Source: Curtobacterium phage Pippin15. Taken from it: a DNA stretch of 24,000 nt. The stretch is taken from the sequence record PQ868951.1, one strand, 5' to 3'. The notes under the pieces are model-generated. The model ran no database searches. It was not told the origin of the DNA and saw only the letters and a program-made list of their open reading frames with translations. How positions within the stretch are numbered: position 1 is the stretch's first letter; every line of letters starts with the position of its first letter. The position numbers and the translations under genes were made by a program. Below, piece after piece: positions 15,735 through 20,990 of the stretch.

Positions 15735-17001
15735 TCTCCGGGACTACCAGGAGAAAGCAGTAAGGGAGATCCATAATGGGTGCATCGTCAAGGGTGGAGT
15801 GGGGTCTGGAAAATCCAGAACAGCCCTTGCTTACTTTTACAGTCGAGTCGCCAAGGGGGGACTTCGCGTTAATGGAGCTGGGGTGGACGGAGTACCAACA
15901 GCTCCTCGGGATCTCTACATCATCACCACGGCAAAGAAGCGAGATGACCTCGAGTGGGAGGCCGAGGCTGCCCGCTTTGGACTCTCTAGGGATACCGGCA
16001 TATCCATCGGCGGCATCAAGGTCGTCGTGGATTCTTGGAACAACATCACACGCTACGTCGACGTGGAGAACGCCTTCTTCATCCTCGACGAACAGCGACT
16101 GGTGGGTTCTGGTGCCTGGGTCAAGGCTTTCCTCAAGATCGCCAAGGCTAACCAATGGATCGTGCTTTCAGCTACTCCGGGCGACACCTGGATGGACTAC
16201 GCACCCATATTCATCGGTAACGGCTGGTACAAGAACCGAACGGAGTTCATTCGGCAACATGTCGTTTTCTCGAACTTCAGTAAGTTCCCCAAGATCGACC
16301 GATTTGTTGAGACAAGAAAACTTGAAGCTCTACGAGAACGAGTTCTTGTGGAGATGCCCTTCGAGCGACACACCAAACGTCTTGTCAGTAACGTCATCGT
16401 CAGCTACGACGAGCTCGCCTTCAAGAAGGTCTGGGACGACCGTTGGCATATCTACGAGGATCGCCCTATCCGAGATGTTGCGGAGATGTTCGCGGTTGCT
16501 CGCAAGGTGGTCAACTCGGATCCATCCCGACTGAGTGGCGTCATGAAGGCGATGGAGAAGTACCCACGACTCATCGTCTTCTACAACTTCAACTATGAGC
16601 TGGACATGCTCCGTGAGCTCCAGACCATATTCAACATCCAGGTGGCCGAGTGGAACGGTCACAAGCACGAGCCCATCCCAGACAAGGCCAAGTGGCTATA
16701 TCTGGTGCAGTACAACGCGGGTAGCGAAGGCTGGAACTGCATCTCGACCAACGCGATGACGTTCTTCAGCTTGACATATTCGTACAAGCAGTTCGAGCAG
16801 GCCCAAGGGCGGATCGACCGGATGAACACTCCGTACTCCGATCTGCACTACGGCGTGCTCAAGTCCAACTCCAAGATCGACAAGGCCATATCTAAGGCCC
16901 TAGCACAGAAGAGGAACTTCAATGTCAAAGCGTTCACGAAAGACTGGGCTCCGTTCCCAGATAAAGAAGACCTTCCGCAAGCTCGTCAAGAAGCAGCGTA
17001 A
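15724..17001 (+). CDS. SF2-family helicase (DEAD/SNF2-like) with variant motif II
   Basis: LRDYQEKAVREI, Walker A VKGGVGSGKSRTA, motif II FFILDEQR, motif III WIVLSATPGDTW, C-terminal QYNAGSEGWNC...FEQAQGRIDRMN (motif VI). Confidence 0.92.
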   Translation: MAIDLRDYQEKAVREIHNGCIVKGGVGSGKSRTALAYFYSRVAKGGLRVNGAGVDGVPTAPRDLYIITTAKKRDDLEWEAEAARFGLSRDTGISIGGIKVVVDSWNNITRYVDVENAFFILDEQRLVGSGAWVKAFLKIAKANQWIVLSATPGDTWMDYAPIFIGNGWYKNRTEFIRQHVVFSNFSKFPKIDRFVETRKLEALRERVLVEMPFERHTKRLVSNVIVSYDELAFKKVWDDRWHIYEDRPIRDVAEMFAVARKVVNSDPSRLSGVMKAMEKYPRLIVFYNFNYELDMLRELQTIFNIQVAEWNGHKHEPIPDKAKWLYLVQYNAGSEGWNCISTNAMTFFSLTYSYKQFEQAQGRIDRMNTPYSDLHYGVLKSNSKIDKAISKALAQKRNFNVKAFTKDWAPFPDKEDLPQARQEAA

Positions 17002-17044
17002 GCTCAACAAGGCCGCCAAGCGTCGTCGTAAGGGCTGGCGCTGA
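16922..17044 (+). CDS. Overlapping highly basic micro-ORF (40 aa)
   Basis: ATG in a different frame inside the 3' end of the SF2 helicase gene: MSKRSRKTGLRSQIKKTFRKLVKKQRKLNKAAKRRRKGWR; extends past the helicase stop. Confidence 0.45.
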   Translation: MSKRSRKTGLRSQIKKTFRKLVKKQRKLNKAAKRRRKGWR

Positions 17045-17574
17045 GAGCGAACGGTAAGAAGCGCTGGCGTCGGCTGGAAGAGTTCCCGCGATATCTCATC
17101 AACCGCAAGGGTGAGATCTACAGCCTGGCTAGTAAGAGGCTGATCAAGACGCAAGTATCTCGTGCGAGGGGTGGCTTCTGGTTTGCTGTTCTGTTCAAGG
17201 ACGGAAAGCAGTACCGCAGAGGAGTCATCCCTCTCATCGAGAAGACCTTCGAACGCTCGTCAGGCACAGTGGGCGAGTGGACGATTCCATATCGTGGCGG
17301 AAAGTCATCCGGCATCCGCAGAAGAGACAGCAACGGAAGGTTCACACGTGCTGATCAAGAAGTTCCAGGCGAAGCATATCTCGGACCTGGGGTTCCTGAC
17401 GACGGTGCTCACGGCATCCCGAGCCAAGGACCGCTACAAGGGCTACAACAGCATCATGATCTGGGAGCTGGAGCAGCTGATGCCCCATATCCCGAACAAG
17501 CTCATCCGGGCGAAGTTCAATCAGCTCGAGAAGCGCGGGTTGATGGAGGGGTGCGGATGCGGTTGCCGTGGTAA
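17032..17574 (+). pseudogene. NUMOD4-like reading frame without canonical start; likely degenerate homing-endonuclease remnant
   Basis: Open frame WRRLEEFPRYLINRKGEIYSLASKRLIKTQVSRARGGFWFAVLFKDGKQYRRGVIPLIEKTFER; no ATG/GTG/TTG before 17269, no HNH portion, 3' part overlaps the next gene out of frame. Confidence 0.5.
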
Positions 17575-17641
17575 CTTCACGGTCACCAAGGAGGGCTTCG
17601 AGTTCATCGCCGAAGAAGTAGCGAAGGCGGTCATGCGATGA
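17348..17641 (+). CDS. Winged-helix-like small protein (97 aa)
   Basis: GTG start; VLIKKFQAKHISDLGFLTTVLTASRAKDRYKGYNSIMIWELEQLMPHIPNKLIRAKFNQLEKRGLMEGCGCGCRGNFTVTKEGFEFIAEEVAKAVMR. Track ORF from 17162 likely over-extended. Confidence 0.6.
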   Translation: MLIKKFQAKHISDLGFLTTVLTASRAKDRYKGYNSIMIWELEQLMPHIPNKLIRAKFNQLEKRGLMEGCGCGCRGNFTVTKEGFEFIAEEVAKAVMR

Positions 17642-17904
17642 GCAAGCCGAAGAAGTGTTTCCCGGGCCGGCACCGCTGGACCAACAAGGCGATGACCGGC
17701 ATATTCTCTGCCGAGTTTCTCGACCAGTGCGATCGCTGTCACTGGTGGAAGGTCTGGGGCGTGGACATGGCGGGTTCGTGGAGGACCCTATATCCGCCGT
17801 CGCACTTCGTCCGTCAGGTCAACAAGCGTACCAAGGTGGAGCGGTTCATCCGAGCTGACCACGCCAACGACAAGCCCAAGAAGAAGTGGAGGTGGCAGAA
17901 GTGA
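17638..17904 (+). CDS. Small hypothetical protein with CxxC (88 aa)
   Basis: ATGA-coupled; ...FLDQCDRCHWWKVWG.... Confidence 0.6.
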   Translation: MSKPKKCFPGRHRWTNKAMTGIFSAEFLDQCDRCHWWKVWGVDMAGSWRTLYPPSHFVRQVNKRTKVERFIRADHANDKPKKKWRWQK

Positions 17905-18371
17905 CTGCAATATTTGGAGGACCTTTCTGGGGCAAGGCCGCACAGATGGGTGTCAAGATGCTCGACGGTCGTATCCTCGATCAGAGCTCGCTCACCCTTC
18001 CGAGGGAAGAGATCATCCCGCTGATGCGTACTCCGCACCCGAACGAGGGGCAATCACCCACCGATATCGTGGGGCGTATCGAGCACATGTGGTACGGCGA
18101 TGAGAGTGGCCTCCAGGTCATTTACTTCGACGGTCACTGGCTCAAGGGGCACGAGAACTGGCTGAAGGAACATCCGGAGCACCGCTGGCCGGCTCTGTTC
18201 GCAGTGGGTGTGGACTTTGAGTTCGAGGAGGATGGCGGCGTTACCCATATCGTCAATGGTCGAGTGCGAGCTCTGACCCTCTCTGATCGTGAGTCATGGC
18301 TGGGTAGTACCAGCACGTTCATCTGGAGTGTACCGCTGCCCAAGGCACTCGAGAACCGAGGAGGGTTCTGA
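17901..18371 (+). CDS. Hypothetical protein (156 aa)
   Basis: GTGA-coupled start within track ORF 17886..18371. Confidence 0.6.
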   Translation: MTAIFGGPFWGKAAQMGVKMLDGRILDQSSLTLPREEIIPLMRTPHPNEGQSPTDIVGRIEHMWYGDESGLQVIYFDGHWLKGHENWLKEHPEHRWPALFAVGVDFEFEEDGGVTHIVNGRVRALTLSDRESWLGSTSTFIWSVPLPKALENRGGF

Positions 18372-18571
18372 TGTTCAAGAACGAAGAGGGTTACGAGGAT
18401 CCTGAGCTCGTCCGCATGCAGGGTGTGGTGATGGAGCACTGTGGTAGCAACTCGCTGCACGGCCCGCACGAGAAGACCTGGCACCAGACGGATCCCGAGC
18501 GTAAGGTGGACGGCTTAGTTCGCATCACCCGCTGTCAGGGTACGGCACGACTCGTGAGCATGAGACGGTGA
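18371..18571 (+). CDS. Hypothetical protein (66 aa)
   Basis: TGATG-coupled ATG ORF. Confidence 0.55.
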   Translation: MFKNEEGYEDPELVRMQGVVMEHCGSNSLHGPHEKTWHQTDPERKVDGLVRITRCQGTARLVSMRR

Positions 18572-18732
18572 GCGGGAAGTTCCCAAACCGGTACGGTCGA
18601 TTTCCTGATCTGACGACGTACAAGCACGAGTTCCAGCCGCGTAAGAACTACAACGGGGAACGGTGCAAGTGCGACAAGAGGAAGTCGGACCCCATCCATA
18701 TTAAAGGAGAGAAGCATGGCGAAGATCGGTGA
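18568..18732 (+). CDS. Small hypothetical protein (54 aa)
   Basis: GTGA-coupled: VSGKFPNRYGRFPDLTTYKHEFQPRKNYNGERCKCDKRKSDPIHIKGEKHGEDR; overlaps next start. Confidence 0.45.
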   Translation: MSGKFPNRYGRFPDLTTYKHEFQPRKNYNGERCKCDKRKSDPIHIKGEKHGEDR

Positions 18733-19057
18733 GATCCAACTCATCCCGTCCATCAAAGGCGAGAAGTATTTCATCTACAACCGCAACAGCGTCTACGCTG
18801 CCCTGGGTGAAGAGTGGCGTCAAGACCTCGACGATTTCGTCTCGACGCTGCACGCGTTCAGTCAGACCAAGGAAGAGCTCGAGATCAACCTCTGGTCCGA
18901 TGAGGACTTCGACTTCGATCGGGTGAAGATCAGGGTGGAGTGGTATCCGTCTGGTCTCGAACGTCGGGATCGGTTCGGTAACCGGCAGACGATGGGGGCC
19001 TTGGACGAGGCTGCGTTCGCTCGGGCCATCGGCTATCATGGCTACAATCGTGGATGA
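18716..19057 (+). CDS. Hypothetical protein (113 aa)
   Basis: AAAGGAGAGAAGCATG start; MAKIGEIQLIPSIKGEKYFIYNRNSVYAALGEEW.... Confidence 0.65.
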   Translation: MAKIGEIQLIPSIKGEKYFIYNRNSVYAALGEEWRQDLDDFVSTLHAFSQTKEELEINLWSDEDFDFDRVKIRVEWYPSGLERRDRFGNRQTMGALDEAAFARAIGYHGYNRG

Positions 19058-19220
19058 GACACTACCCTGGGCGGGTATATTCCAGCGCCGTTGTCGAGCG
19101 GTCAAGGAGCCGTCCGACAGCTACTGGGGTCGGTGCGAACTGCGGGCTGGACACGAGGGTGATCATGCTCTCGAGCGCGCGTTCGACACGCCACGGTGGT
19201 CTACTGAGTGGACCGGCTGA
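19038..19220 (+). CDS. Small zinc-finger-like protein (60 aa)
   Basis: IFQRRCRAVKEPSDSYWGRCELRAGHEGDHALERAFDTPRW: C...C...GHEGDH pattern common in phage/actinobacterial small proteins. Confidence 0.6.
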   Translation: MATIVDETLPWAGIFQRRCRAVKEPSDSYWGRCELRAGHEGDHALERAFDTPRWSTEWTG

Positions 19221-19729
19221 TGGACGATATCTGGTACAAGGCCGTGCCGGCGTTCCCTGACTGGGAGCTCGGGACGGACGGTCGGCTCATCCACAGAGGT
19301 GAGGGAGAGGTCAGTCCAGAGACGTATTCGAACGGCGATCTGAAGTTCGTGATCGACGAAGGGGCCTGGATCTTCTCTGGTCCCTGCTGGAAACTGATGG
19401 CTGACACCTTCTACACCAACGCGCCATTGGGTCTGGAGCCCGAGTTCCGGGACGGCAATCGCCTAAACCATGCGCTGGACAACCTGATATTTGGGGAAGT
19501 CAACGTCGAAAGTGGGCTTTGGGAGCCACTGCGATGGAAGCAAGTGGGCAACGAGCGACGGTTCGACCGACGTTTGGGCCAGCGAATTCGGGTGAACGAG
19601 ACCGGTGAGGTGTTCGCGACGCTCGAAGAAGCTGCTGAAGCGACGGGCAGTTACAAGCAGAATGTGTCTGCTGTGCTGCATGGGCGGCTGCGTTCGACCG
19701 GGGGAAGGACGTTTTCGTACGTCGATTAG
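19220..19729 (+). CDS. HNH-like homing endonuclease family protein, likely catalytically altered, with C-terminal NUMOD1-like module
   Basis: DIWYKAVPAFPDWELGTDGRLIHRG...WKLMADTFYTN...PEFRDGNRLNHALDNLIFG...RIRVNETGEVFATLEEAAEATGSYKQNVSAVLHGRLRSTGGRTFSYVD. Track start is GTG 19208. Confidence 0.7.
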   Translation: MDDIWYKAVPAFPDWELGTDGRLIHRGEGEVSPETYSNGDLKFVIDEGAWIFSGPCWKLMADTFYTNAPLGLEPEFRDGNRLNHALDNLIFGEVNVESGLWEPLRWKQVGNERRFDRRLGQRIRVNETGEVFATLEEAAEATGSYKQNVSAVLHGRLRSTGGRTFSYVD

Positions 19730-19733
19730 CCCC

Positions 19734-19768
19734 AAATGGGGTACAAAAGGGCCAAAAGTGGCTCAAAA
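19734..19768. other. Phased A-tracts (putative intrinsic bend)
   Basis: AAA/AAAA runs begin at 19734, 19745, 19754 and 19765, spaced 11, 9 and 11 bp. Confidence 0.6.
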
Positions 19769-19925
19769 TGGCCAGTTTCGTGGCCAGAACGGGGTTTCAA
19801 ACTCTTTAAAACTTTTTTACACAATGGTAATAATCTAAATACGCGGGAGAAAGTATAGTATTATTACCTTTTGTGTTTTTTTGTTTGAAGAGTTTGAAAC
19901 TCCTTTCTGGCCACGGATCTGGCCA
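19769..19925. repeat. Long nested inverted repeat centred near 19847
   Basis: Four co-centred pairs: TGGCCAG/CTGGCCA (19769-19775/19919-19925), CGTGGCCAG/CTGGCCACG (19779-19787/19907-19915), GGGGTTTCAAACTCTT/AAGAGTTTGAAACTCC (19791-19806/19888-19903, one mismatch), GGTAATAAT/ATTATTACC (19826-19834/19860-19868). Confidence 0.9.
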
Positions 19926-19929
19926 CGAG

Positions 19930-19982
19930 CCGGTGAGACCTGTGTTATTACCTTTCGTGGGTAGTCTCGCAGGTCTCACCGG
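19930..19982. repeat. Second strong inverted repeat
   Basis: CCGGTGAGACCTG (19930-19942) and CAGGTCTCACCGG (19970-19982), 13 bp perfect, with co-centred inner TACC/GGTA pair. Confidence 0.9.
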
Positions 19983-20096
19983 TGCTTTAATTTTTGGCCA
20001 TGGAGTGCCCACGTACGAATTTCTGGTGCTTTAGTAGAAGGAATAACTTACCTCTGGTCAGGAGTTACTGTTCCTTTCTTTTTATGGGAGATTGAC

Positions 20097-20390
20097 ATGT
20101 CACTTGAGAGCAAGATCCAAGCCGAGCTGATCAAGGACCTCGAAGTTCTGCTGCCCGGCTGTATCTGTCTTAAGGGCAACTCGGAATATCGTCAGGGCAT
20201 TCCGGACTTGATCGTCCTGTTCGAAGATCGATGGGCAGCACTTGAGGTAAAGCGAAGCGCCACTTCCCCCGCTCGTCCTAACCAGCCATATTACGTGGCT
20301 GAGATGGATCGGATGGGGTTTGCGGCCTTCGTCTATCCCGAGAACAGGGAGCATATTCTTGACTCCCTACAGAACTACTTCGGAGCGTGA
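20097..20390 (+). CDS. VRR-NUC domain nuclease
   Basis: MSLESKIQAELIKDLE...CICLKGNSEYRQGIPDLIVLFEDRWAALEVKRS...NQPYYVAEMDRMGFAAFVYPEN: GIPDL...EVK nuclease motif. Confidence 0.9.
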   Translation: MSLESKIQAELIKDLEVLLPGCICLKGNSEYRQGIPDLIVLFEDRWAALEVKRSATSPARPNQPYYVAEMDRMGFAAFVYPENREHILDSLQNYFGA

Positions 20391-20399
20391 TGAACTCTA

Positions 20400-20990
20400 A
20401 TGCCGTTCAGGTTTAACAAGCACAAGGAGCTTGAGGGGATGCACTCCATCCTCTCCCCCAGCAAGTACAGCTGGACCAACTACTCCCTCGAACGATTCGA
20501 GGAGATGTTCCAAGACAAGATGACGACCACTCTTGGTACGCGTCTGCACGAGCTGGCCAAGGAGCACATCCTGCTCCAGCTCATGATGCCTCGGAACAAC
20601 AAGACGATCAACAAGTACATCAACGACTGCATCGGTGAGCGCATGACTCCCGAGGTTCCGTTGGTGGGCTACCCCGGAGTGGGGTTCGGTACTGCCGACG
20701 CGATTCGGTACGACCCGATGAAGAAGACGCTGTATGTCTTCGATCTGAAGAACGGCACGATCGAAGCCAAGTTCACACAGCTGATGATCTACGGCGTATA
20801 TTTCGCAGAAGAGTACGGCTTCCGAGTCGGTGAGCTCAGCTACGAATTCCGGATCTACCAGAACGATGAGGTCCGTGTTCACCAGATCAACCCCGAGGTC
20901 GGCGGCTACGAGGATCTCGTGAACATCCACTCCCGCCTGATGGACTTCGGCGCCCGCGCCATCGAGATGCAGAAGGAGGCATATCTGTGA
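20400..20990 (+). CDS. PD-(D/E)XK nuclease, Cas4/RecB-like
   Basis: SPSKYSWTN...GTRLHELAKEHI...GFGTADAIRYDPMKKTLYVFDLKNGTIEAKFTQLMIYGVYFAEEYG: GTxxHE, D...D-x-K and Q...Y motifs. Confidence 0.8.
   Translation: MPFRFNKHKELEGMHSILSPSKYSWTNYSLERFEEMFQDKMTTTLGTRLHELAKEHILLQLMMPRNNKTINKYINDCIGERMTPEVPLVGYPGVGFGTADAIRYDPMKKTLYVFDLKNGTIEAKFTQLMIYGVYFAEEYGFRVGELSYEFRIYQNDEVRVHQINPEVGGYEDLVNIHSRLMDFGARAIEMQKEAYL

Noticed and set aside
19054-19260. Forward ORF MRHYPGRVYSSAVVERSRSR....
   Set aside because: The overlapping frame 19038-19220 has a plausible Cys/His zinc pattern and better fits local coding; only one is likely real.
19730-20096. CRISPR array or group I/II intron.
   Set aside because: Repeats are inverted and few rather than regularly spaced direct repeats, and I could not identify intron core motifs or split exons; the neighbouring HNH-like gene is a complete stand-alone ORF.
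20400-20990. CRISPR-Cas adaptation module because of the Cas4-like nuclease.
   Set aside because: No cas1/cas2 or CRISPR array in the window; Cas4/RecB-like nucleases are common stand-alone phage recombination or replication enzymes.
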